Positions 38,719-47,054 of a DNA stretch of 64,000 bases are shown in pieces. The notes beneath the pieces were generated by a model. It made no database searches and was not told where the DNA came from. It saw only the letters and a program-made list of their open reading frames with translations. The DNA lies in assembly GCA_041742075.1 (NCBI GenBank), contig JBGSJJ010000005.1:17648-81647 (forward strand), written 5' to 3'. The stretch is from Minisyncoccia bacterium. GTDB lineage: Bacteria > Patescibacteriota > Minisyncoccia > Phycocordibacterales > UBA918. The translations under genes were made by a program, and so were the position numbers. The first letter of the stretch is position 1. Every line of letters begins with the position of its first letter.

Positions 38719-38753
38719 GAAACCGGCAGTACCCATGGGTACTGCCGGTTTTC
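38719..38753 (+). terminator. Intrinsic terminator after typA
   Basis: AAACCGGCAGTACCCatgGGTACTGCCGGTTTT is a perfect hairpin plus T-tract. Confidence 0.6.
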
Positions 38754-38841
38754 AGTTTGGAACACTTTCTTTAAGTTGTATGCTATTGCCAATTGACAAA
38801 TTTGTTATATAGTGTGAATCGGATGTCTTGGAGGATGAACA

Positions 38842-39333
38842 GTGACAAATACTGCTCGTACAGTCGATGATGCTATTTTTGATACTCCACGGATTGGTTT
38901 ACAGAAGCTTGCCAGTTGTGTGGAGTATTACTCTAACCTCTCACCTAAGGTGTTTGGAAGAATTATGTTTATGCTTGGTGGAGCAATTTCAGTTACCTAC
39001 ACTCTGGGTCAGTATCAGATTTTGCATGAAGTAAAAGATCTAAGGCAACTGGTTTTGCACTGCCTCGTGATGATTGTGTTTTTTATCCGAGTTGAAAGAG
39101 TTAGTAATCGAGTTAAACTCAGGGCAACTCGAAACGCTTTGCGAGCGTCTCCGGCTGAAATGTACTTGAGATTATATTTTATAACTGGAACAGTTGTATT
39201 TTCTCTACTGATTCCACCAGCAAACTCTGCAATTAGTATCGGTTTAATCCTACTTCATTACTTCATAGCATGTGATTCACTTCCGCCGCATATGCGATTT
39301 CAATGGCGCAAAATAAACACACAACGCGCCTAA
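38842..39333 (+). CDS. Hypothetical membrane protein
   Basis: 3-4 TM helices. No recognised domain. Confidence 0.25.
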   Translation: MTNTARTVDDAIFDTPRIGLQKLASCVEYYSNLSPKVFGRIMFMLGGAISVTYTLGQYQILHEVKDLRQLVLHCLVMIVFFIRVERVSNRVKLRATRNALRASPAEMYLRLYFITGTVVFSLLIPPANSAISIGLILLHYFIACDSLPPHMRFQWRKINTQRA

Positions 39334-39451
39334 CTCTTTGCGTCACCTGTCATGGGTGGCGCTTTCATATTTTAAAAACTTATGCACCTCCCATAGATGC
39401 ATAGTATAGTTTGTAGCAGTACGATTATAGATATTGGTCTAAGCACATGCT

Positions 39452-40303
39452 ATGTTCTTATTTCGTGACCGGGTTCATTCTTTAAAATTGTGGCTTTTAC
39501 TGCTACTTACGACACTTTTTCTTTGGCCAGCGAATACCTCAGCTTCTACCGGTACACTCGCGGTGGAGCTACTCCCTCGGCCGGCGACTGGTGTCCCGGA
39601 ATACGTTAGTTTGACGCTGATGGCGACCGGTACCGTAGATATCTCTGGTTGGCGGATAGAAGATACTTTGGCCTCGCCTTCAGTGGTGTATACCTTTCCG
39701 ACGAGTACAATCCTGACTACCGGTACGCCACTTCGGGTTTGCCAGCTGGCTCTCGCAACCGTACCGACAGCTCCCTGCAACGCTCACTTTGGCGGTACGG
39801 CCAAGTGGAATAATGATGGCGATACGCTTCGTTTGTTTTCAAATACTAATGTCGAAGTACTTACGCTTCCATACGTTGGGGCAGTTATTGTGGGAGAACT
39901 GCTTGAAACTACCACCACAGTTACACTCGACCTAGTTGAAGAACCTCCACCTCCACCTCCACCTCCACCCCCGCCAGACCCAGAAGAAGAGGAAGAGGAA
40001 GATGAACCACCTCCTCCACCTCCGCCACCAGTTCCGGTTGACACACCAAAGTTTGTCACCTTCTGTAAGGCTATAAATAGCCACCTGGTGCCGTTTATAA
40101 AGATAAAACTACCGTACTCGGTAGTTATGAAAGGCAAGGTGATAAAGGATGCTGACATAGTACCCTCTGTTGGTACGAGTACCGGACAAAACCTTACCCA
40201 AAACTACCTGCTTCGCGGTGGGACGCTTACCGGCCAGCAAATTCTAGATAAAAAATGCCTCGTACTTCGCCCCAAGCCCCGCCATTTTTGGTGGTTTAGA
40301 TAA
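39452..40303 (+). CDS. Secreted lamin-tail-domain (LTD)-like protein with a poly-Pro/poly-Glu linker
   Basis: Signal peptide, then EYVSLTLMATGTVDISGWRIEDTLA...AKWNNDGDTLRLFS (LTD-like beta-sandwich). Then PPPPPPPPPPPDPEEEEEEDEPPPPPPPP. Confidence 0.45.
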   Translation: MFLFRDRVHSLKLWLLLLLTTLFLWPANTSASTGTLAVELLPRPATGVPEYVSLTLMATGTVDISGWRIEDTLASPSVVYTFPTSTILTTGTPLRVCQLALATVPTAPCNAHFGGTAKWNNDGDTLRLFSNTNVEVLTLPYVGAVIVGELLETTTTVTLDLVEEPPPPPPPPPPPDPEEEEEEDEPPPPPPPPVPVDTPKFVTFCKAINSHLVPFIKIKLPYSVVMKGKVIKDADIVPSVGTSTGQNLTQNYLLRGGTLTGQQILDKKCLVLRPKPRHFWWFR

Positions 40304-40400
40304 AAAATAATTTCACTTCAGTAAGTAGTTATATTTGTCTATGCAAGAATTAAATTTCATGATTAAATTTACCTGGGACTTCTCATCGAGGAGAAAGTAA

Positions 40401-40652
40401 ATGTCTATCTTAGTTCGGGCGCTGGTCATTGCCTTGAGTTTAAATTTTTATGCGACCTCAAGTTACAGTAAAGAAGTCTGTGCCATTGTTCATCCCAAGT
40501 TGGATTCAGAGTTAAGGAGGGTGAGTTTTCTCTATATGTTTAATAAAGAAACTGCAGAAAGTCTTCTGAAGTTTTTTCTAAATAATCCAGAAAATTTTGG
40601 AAGTTTCATTCACTGTATTGATGTTCAAAGAAAGAAAACTGCTCTCATTTAA
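40401..40652 (+). CDS. Small hypothetical protein in an AT-rich patch
   Basis: 83-aa ORF with a signal-like N-terminus. Local AT enrichment from 40300 to 40680. A terminator-like hairpin AGAACCACgttaaGTGGTCTT follows. Confidence 0.2.
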   Translation: MSILVRALVIALSLNFYATSSYSKEVCAIVHPKLDSELRRVSFLYMFNKETAESLLKFFLNNPENFGSFIHCIDVQRKKTALI

Positions 40653-40675
40653 AAAGAACCACGTTAAGTGGTCTT

Positions 40676-41416
40676 TTATTTTATACCGAGGGCTTTGAAA
40701 AAGCCTTTTTGTTCGTCTGGGGTGAGTTTGCGGAACTGGTTGGGCTTCAGGGCACCTAGTTCGACATTCATAATCCGCACACGCTTGAGTGTCTGGACCT
40801 GATACCCAAGGGCAGCACACATACGTCTGATTTGATGTTTCTTTCCCTCGATGAGGGTGAGGTTAAAAACTAGTTTATTTTTGGGGTTTGCAATCGCTTT
40901 GGCCGGCTTCGTTTTATAGCGTTCAATCCGTACCCCTTTCTCGAGTTCTTTTAGAAAAGAGCCTCGAATCGGTTTATCAACTTCCACGCGGTATTCCTTC
41001 TCGTGACCAGCGTCTGGGTCAAGGAGCGGGGCAGTTACCCGGCCGTCGTTCGTGAGAATCATCAGTCCCTCTGAGTCTTTGTCGAGGCGTCCAACCGGAT
41101 AGACGTCTTCAATCCCGTAGTCTTTCTTAAGACGAGCTTTAATGTCTACTTCCTCAGCAGTTGGGGAGTGCGTAATAATCCCACGTCCTTTGTAATAGGC
41201 GAGATACTGCTTTTTTGCTTCACCAGCCAGGTCACCGACGGTTACTTTGTCTGTGGGGGTGACTTTTTGGCCCATCACCGCCTTTCGGCCATTAACAAAA
41301 ACCAAGCCTTTTTCAATCAGGCCGTCGACTTCTCGACGTGAAGCCACGCCTTTATCCGCCAGGTATTTGTTTATTCTGACCGCATCAGTAGGTGTAGAGG
41401 GAGTTTTTTTCTGCAT
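40676..41416 (-). CDS. Pseudouridine synthase, RsuA/RluB family (S4 domain plus catalytic domain)
   Basis: S4 RINKYLADKGVASRREVDGLIEKGLVFVNG, and the catalytic VGRLDKDSEGLMILTNDG. Confidence 0.85.
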   Translation of the reverse strand: MQKKTPSTPTDAVRINKYLADKGVASRREVDGLIEKGLVFVNGRKAVMGQKVTPTDKVTVGDLAGEAKKQYLAYYKGRGIITHSPTAEEVDIKARLKKDYGIEDVYPVGRLDKDSEGLMILTNDGRVTAPLLDPDAGHEKEYRVEVDKPIRGSFLKELEKGVRIERYKTKPAKAIANPKNKLVFNLTLIEGKKHQIRRMCAALGYQVQTLKRVRIMNVELGALKPNQFRKLTPDEQKGFFKALGIK

Positions 41417-41483
41417 AACGCCAGTATAATGCTAGAAAAAATACTTTCTGTCAAGAAAGTGTTTTCCATAGTCATATTTTTGT

Positions 41484-42089
41484 CTATTTCATCACGCTCG
41501 GTGTGGTTGGAGCGGTAAGCTTGACTGTCCCGAGGACGACACTGGCGGTGTTGAATAATCGAAGGTTATTTTCAGCCACCACCAAGCGATCTTTATCTTC
41601 AGAACGGAAGTACGGCAGGTTGGTTATCTGAAGGCCAACGGTGCGCACTGAAGAAAGTGAGAGTAGTTCAAGTGCTGTTACGAGAGTAAATGAGCCCTTA
41701 GTCATTGGCGGAAGCACATAGTAGCCGTCTTCAATGTCGTAGCTACTTAACACCATTCCCGTACTTTTGTAGCCAGTTGGAGACATTTTACCGTTCTGGA
41801 CCGCTGTGTACCCAACCTTATTTGAGTCTGCGTCATACGGTAAGCCATTTTCTGCTAGTATCGGTAAGTAATAGGGCTCTGCTCCCGTCTGAAACTCATA
41901 GGTAATGGTATAGAGGGCGGCATCAGCTGTTAGCTTGGTAGCGCTTTGTCTCGTGTCAGCAAACGCCTGTCCAGCCGGCATTAACATAACGGTCAGTACA
42001 ATTAACGTAAAAATATTTGTTTTCATACAGGCATAAGTATACACGAAAGCCGAGTTTTGAGAGCTATTTTGGCTAGGAATCTCTACCAC
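41484..42089 (-). CDS. Hypothetical secreted protein
   Basis: Signal peptide (..MPAGQAFA). No recognised domain. Confidence 0.35.
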   Translation of the reverse strand: MVEIPSQNSSQNSAFVYTYACMKTNIFTLIVLTVMLMPAGQAFADTRQSATKLTADAALYTITYEFQTGAEPYYLPILAENGLPYDADSNKVGYTAVQNGKMSPTGYKSTGMVLSSYDIEDGYYVLPPMTKGSFTLVTALELLSLSSVRTVGLQITNLPYFRSEDKDRLVVAENNLRLFNTASVVLGTVKLTAPTTPSVMK

Positions 42090-42213
42090 TTGCCAAAATC
42101 AAGAATCGTGGTCTATGCTTGCTATTTTTTCTGGGGGGTGTACTATTCCGTTCAATACGAAAAAACTCTCTGTGTGGGATATTTTCGGACAATTTAATAA
42201 TTAGGTATTACTT

Positions 42214-45200
42214 ATGAACATATTTACTTTTACCAACCTATTTACAGCGCGCTGCTTTGCCGTTGTAACATTATTAGCAGTAGTGATGAGTGCCTTTCCG
42301 GCGCCTTTTTTTGTGTCGGAAGCCGAGGCCTTCAACAACGCACCAAGACTTGAAAAAGTGAAGTTCTGTCACGCGACTCCAAATGGTGACAGTCCATTTC
42401 AACTACAAAAGAAGTATGCGTTTGAAATAGCGCTTGGGCACCATAATCATGGTGGTGATATTTTCCCTACCTACGATGGTCCAGTGATAAATAATTACGG
42501 TGGCCAGAACCTAGATACTGAATATCCAGAGTATGGAGGTATGACTGGGGCAGACATCCTTAAGGCTGACTGTGAAGTACCAGAAACAGCCAAGCTTACC
42601 CTCGTAAAGAACGTTGTTGGTGGAGAAGCTGAAGCTAAAGACTGGAATTTGTCGGCAACCGCTCTCGGAGAAAACGATAACTTTGACTTTGAAGTTGAAG
42701 GAGACGAAGAAGGGGCTGAATACCTCATAGAGGCTGGTGTAGCATATGAAATTTCTGAAGAAGGTTCTGAAGAAAACTATACGCTTACGTCACTCACTTG
42801 TGACAAAGAAGGTGCTCTTTCAAACATTTACGAAGTTACCCTTGAAGAAGGAGACGATGTAACTTGTACCTTCACGAACACGTATGTACCTCCACACGTA
42901 CCAAAGGTGACGATTGAAGCGACAAAGATCATCTGTGAAGACGAAGCACTGCTTCCAAATGATGGGTACACAAACATTGACGCCAATACTGCAACTAACT
43001 TTTTGGCTGAAAACCCATCATGTTACCTCGCGCAAGATTGGGATTTCCAATATGCGGTTGGTGGCCTCAGTAACGGTAACTCACCAGATAATGATGGTGT
43101 ACTTGATGAGAATGGTTGGGACGAAGAAAATACTGTGTCTACAGTCGGAGGAGTAGCGACAATGGTTATCGAAATGAGTGAACTTGGTCAAAACCGAACT
43201 GTTTCAGTTCGAGAAGTGATGCAAGAAGGCTACATTCCATTTACTGGTCAACAAGGGGGTCCAGTTTCAGCAGAACTCTACTGCGCAAACGATGCGGCTA
43301 ACTTTGACAACCTTGAATGGGTACCAGTTTCAGCTGACAACACCTACCACTGTGTAGCTTGGAACGTGCCTGAACTCGAAACAGTAGAAGCGTGTAAGCT
43401 CGACGAAGCAGGCAACAAGCTTGCTGGTTGGGAAATGACCATCTCAAATGGTGATGATGAAGACGATGTAACGAAGGTAACTGGAGAAAACGGCTGTACG
43501 ACCTTTGAAGTAAATCCAAATAATGGTCCTTGGACAGTCTCAGAAACAGTCAAGACTGGCTGGGATCAAGTAGAAGTAGATGCTAATTGGGGCTATATAG
43601 TAGGAGAGGAGGGATCACAGTCATGTGAATTCTTTGGAAAACGTGCAGAAGCACGTACTAATATAGTTGTTGTAGATACTGAAGAGGGCTACAACTGTAC
43701 CTTCACCAACGAAGCAGCACCAATCTGTGTAGATAAGCCAAATGGTGACTTCGCCAATGATTACCAAGACGTAGACCAGAAAAAGCGAAAGGATGGCTCA
43801 GCTATTACTAATCCTGATCGAATTGACCCAAGCAAGGTGCTTGGCGCTAATGACTGGGTAGCGAACGGCAGTACTGGTTTCTTTGCACTTGGCTTTGGTG
43901 GTTCAATCGTGGTTGAGTTTGACTCATACGTACCAAACGTAGCAGGCAACGACATCACTGTCTTTGAAGCAACTAATGGCACCTACCCAGCTGAAACAGC
44001 CTTGGTAGAAGTAAGTCAAGACGGAAGTGACTGGGAAACAGTTGGTACTGCCAACAACACAAACGCTGGCAAAATTACAAACTTTGACTTCGATTCAACT
44101 GGCCTCGCATGGATTAAGTTTGTCCGAGTTACCGATACTAGTAATTCAGCGCTTCACACGAGCGATGCAGATGGCTTTGACTTAGACGCAGTGAAGGCGA
44201 CCCAAACAGTGTGTGTTCCTCCTGAGGAAGCACCAGTTTGTTCAGTAACGATTGTGAGTGATGAAACAAACATCGTTGGCGCTATGTTCGCGAAACTTGT
44301 TACCTTTATTCACAATGACTGGGATGCGATTGTCGCAGCACCAAGTGCGTGGATTTGGGGAGATGACCCGGTAGCTGACCCAGTAAACGAGACTATCCAG
44401 ACCTTTGAAAAGACCTTTGGTTGGAATGGTCCAGTTACTTCAGCTGTCCTCACGATTGCCGCTGATAACAGCTACGCTGTAGCGGTTAACGGTGACGCAG
44501 CGGGAAGTGACGCAACTGAAAAGAACTTTATTGTGGCTGACGTGCACGACCTGTCTGGCTTTATTGACCAAGGCAACAACACGCTCGCAGTTACCGTAAA
44601 GAACTGGGCACAAGCAAATGGAACTACTAAGAGTAATCCAGCTGGTCTTAAGTACGAACTCGTTATCACTGGTTCAGATGAGAACTGTGATGTACCGTAC
44701 GAAGAAGAAGTAGAGCCAGTAGACGTTACTATCTGTAAATACGACGCTAAGGAAAACGAACTAGCTGGATGGACACTCTCACTCCTTGGCAACAAGGTAG
44801 AAGATGTGGTTGTTCCAGCTACGAATGGTACTGGTGTAGACACGACAGCTGTCTTAAGTGGCGGTAAGTCATACGTAGCCAAGGCTATGGGTACTTGGGA
44901 CAATAACCGAGGCCCGCTCAACATTGTTGACGCTGAGTACTCAACTGAAGATACTTGGGCAACTTACATGAACGGCTTTGATGGCTACGGAGAAGATATT
45001 CTCGAGCTATCAGTAAACGGTCTTCTCGGAGACTGGGGAGCATACAACAGTGCTCATACTTACCTGCAAGCGTTTACGCAAGCAACTGGTACTGCAAACG
45101 TAGCGGTACAAGATACGTTCTATGGTGATAATACCGGTTCACTCAATGTCAGTATCTTTGAAGGATACGCTGGTATTACTGACAAAAACGGTTGCGTTAC

Positions 45201-46761
45201 CTTCAGTGACGTGACTCCAGGTTCATACACTATCGGTGAAGTGATGCAAGACGGTTGGACTAATCAGTCAGGTCTTGGTGAAGTAACTGTCAGTGAAGAA
45301 AACAACGAGTTTACCGTGGTAAACAAGGAAATTGATGAGGTAGCAACAGTTATCGCACACAAAATCGTGTGTACAGACGAAACTGACCTACCAAACTGGG
45401 CGGAACTAGAAAACACAGTTGGCGCAACCACAGCACTTGACTGGGTAAATGACCCAGAGAACCCAAGTTGTGAGCTTGTACCAGACTGGAAATTCCAGTG
45501 GACACTGCCACAAGGCGATCAGTCTAACCCAGACAATGACATTTCTGATGGAAATGAACTCTATGGTGAAGCAGAAGGTTGGACAACTTTTGGACCAACC
45601 GATGCAAATGGTATGACTACACTTACCCTCACTGAAGAAGACTTAGGTGATGCTGGGTATATCTGGATTCGTGAAGTGCTTCAAGACGGACACCTACCAT
45701 TTACCTATGGTCCAGACCAGCAAAACAACAATGACGACGTGAGTGCTGAAATCTATTGTCATAAAGACGTAAAGAACTATGACAACTATGACCGAGTAGA
45801 CGGTATTGAAGTTGGTGAGACATATAACTGTGTAGCTTGGAATCATATCGAGCCATCAGAACCAGTTTGTCTCGAACCAGAGACAAACCTCATTGCAAAC
45901 GGTGGTTTTGAAGCCAACGATGTAACTGATGGCGCTGGCTGGCAAATATTTGCTTCAGGCACGCCACTTCTAGAGTGGTTGGTAAGTTGGATTAATCCAA
46001 CTGGTGCTCCAGAAGTAGCCTCACTTGAACTCCATGGTGGAGTAAATGGTTGGCTACCAGCTGAAGGTCTGCAGTACGCAGAGCTTGATTCAGATTGGCA
46101 AGGTCCAGGTGGAGGCAACGGTGAAGCGGCATCAGTTTCTATCTCACAGACTGTGCCAACACTCGCCGGTGTAGACTACAACCTCGCATGGGACTTCTCA
46201 CCACGACCTGACCAAAACGGTACTGAAAACGTACTTGAGGTATTGGTTAACAACGTACTAGTAGACACTAATACAGCAGCTGGTAACGGTACTCAGACTG
46301 TATGGACAGGGGATTCAGTTACTTTTGAAGGAACTGGTGCTCCAATGACCATTACCTTCCGTGATGCTGGTACAAATAACTCAGTCGGAACCTTTGTTGA
46401 CGATATCTCAGTAAACTGCGTTCGCGGTGAAGGAGATGGCGACGGGGAAGGTGACGGAGATGGCGATAATGACGATACACCAACTATCCCTCCAACTATA
46501 CCAACTCCAGATGATGGTGATAACACCTCAACTCGACTAGAAGGACGTAACTCAGGTGGTTCGTCTGACTCATCAGATACTGAAACTGGCCTTGGTGGTA
46601 ATCCAGAAGGAGAAGTACTTGGTGACCAAGTGTCTGTTGTGCCATTTGGTGCAGCGAACGCTGGTTTCGGAGGAACAGCATCAGACGCCAAAGCAATGGC
46701 ACTGGTGCTTGCCCTTATCCTCGTACTCGCTCTCTTCTCAGTTCGACAGAAGGTTGCGTAA
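42214..46761 (+). CDS. Giant (1515 aa) multidomain cell-surface protein/adhesin with a C-terminal tripartite sorting signal
   Basis: Signal peptide. Repeated beta-sandwich modules ending in TCTFTN / YxCVAWN motifs. A jelly-roll region. A DUF642-like domain (LIANGGFE...AELDSD...ISQTVPTLAGVDYNLAWDFSPRPD). A GDGDGEGDGDGD spacer. Then EVLGDQVSVVPFGAANAGFGGT, a hydrophobic helix and the basic tail SVRQKVA. Confidence 0.7.
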   Translation: MNIFTFTNLFTARCFAVVTLLAVVMSAFPAPFFVSEAEAFNNAPRLEKVKFCHATPNGDSPFQLQKKYAFEIALGHHNHGGDIFPTYDGPVINNYGGQNLDTEYPEYGGMTGADILKADCEVPETAKLTLVKNVVGGEAEAKDWNLSATALGENDNFDFEVEGDEEGAEYLIEAGVAYEISEEGSEENYTLTSLTCDKEGALSNIYEVTLEEGDDVTCTFTNTYVPPHVPKVTIEATKIICEDEALLPNDGYTNIDANTATNFLAENPSCYLAQDWDFQYAVGGLSNGNSPDNDGVLDENGWDEENTVSTVGGVATMVIEMSELGQNRTVSVREVMQEGYIPFTGQQGGPVSAELYCANDAANFDNLEWVPVSADNTYHCVAWNVPELETVEACKLDEAGNKLAGWEMTISNGDDEDDVTKVTGENGCTTFEVNPNNGPWTVSETVKTGWDQVEVDANWGYIVGEEGSQSCEFFGKRAEARTNIVVVDTEEGYNCTFTNEAAPICVDKPNGDFANDYQDVDQKKRKDGSAITNPDRIDPSKVLGANDWVANGSTGFFALGFGGSIVVEFDSYVPNVAGNDITVFEATNGTYPAETALVEVSQDGSDWETVGTANNTNAGKITNFDFDSTGLAWIKFVRVTDTSNSALHTSDADGFDLDAVKATQTVCVPPEEAPVCSVTIVSDETNIVGAMFAKLVTFIHNDWDAIVAAPSAWIWGDDPVADPVNETIQTFEKTFGWNGPVTSAVLTIAADNSYAVAVNGDAAGSDATEKNFIVADVHDLSGFIDQGNNTLAVTVKNWAQANGTTKSNPAGLKYELVITGSDENCDVPYEEEVEPVDVTICKYDAKENELAGWTLSLLGNKVEDVVVPATNGTGVDTTAVLSGGKSYVAKAMGTWDNNRGPLNIVDAEYSTEDTWATYMNGFDGYGEDILELSVNGLLGDWGAYNSAHTYLQAFTQATGTANVAVQDTFYGDNTGSLNVSIFEGYAGITDKNGCVTFSDVTPGSYTIGEVMQDGWTNQSGLGEVTVSEENNEFTVVNKEIDEVATVIAHKIVCTDETDLPNWAELENTVGATTALDWVNDPENPSCELVPDWKFQWTLPQGDQSNPDNDISDGNELYGEAEGWTTFGPTDANGMTTLTLTEEDLGDAGYIWIREVLQDGHLPFTYGPDQQNNNDDVSAEIYCHKDVKNYDNYDRVDGIEVGETYNCVAWNHIEPSEPVCLEPETNLIANGGFEANDVTDGAGWQIFASGTPLLEWLVSWINPTGAPEVASLELHGGVNGWLPAEGLQYAELDSDWQGPGGGNGEAASVSISQTVPTLAGVDYNLAWDFSPRPDQNGTENVLEVLVNNVLVDTNTAAGNGTQTVWTGDSVTFEGTGAPMTITFRDAGTNNSVGTFVDDISVNCVRGEGDGDGEGDGDGDNDDTPTIPPTIPTPDDGDNTSTRLEGRNSGGSSDSSDTETGLGGNPEGEVLGDQVSVVPFGAANAGFGGTASDAKAMALVLALILVLALFSVRQKVA

Positions 46762-46784
46762 GTAGAATGACGCTTTAAACAAAA

Positions 46785-46816
46785 GGCCCGCCAGCTCTAT
46801 GCTGGCGGGCCTTTTG
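46785..46816 (+). terminator. Intrinsic terminator after the giant surface-protein gene
   Basis: AAGGCCCGCCAGCtctatGCTGGCGGGCCTTTT. Confidence 0.65.
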
Positions 46817-47054
46817 CCTTGAAAGTGGCCTAATCAATCACTATGTATTATATACGAGGACAGAAGACGGTTCTGTCAACCTTGTGCAACTGTGTGAGCA
46901 ACGTATGATTGTACTATTCCATGATGACTACTTGCGGCCACTATTGCTAGGGGACAAAAATGCGCACATTTTATGTGCGCTTTTTTGTACCCTCGCGAAG
47001 AGTTTTGGGTAGTCATTTGGGCATTATTAATTACTACTAAGTAAATACATTACT

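Noticed and set aside
39784-40158. Minus-strand ORF encoding poly-Gly/poly-Ser (GGGGGGGGSSSSSSSS).
   Set aside because: It is the antisense reading of the poly-Pro/poly-Glu linker of the LTD protein.
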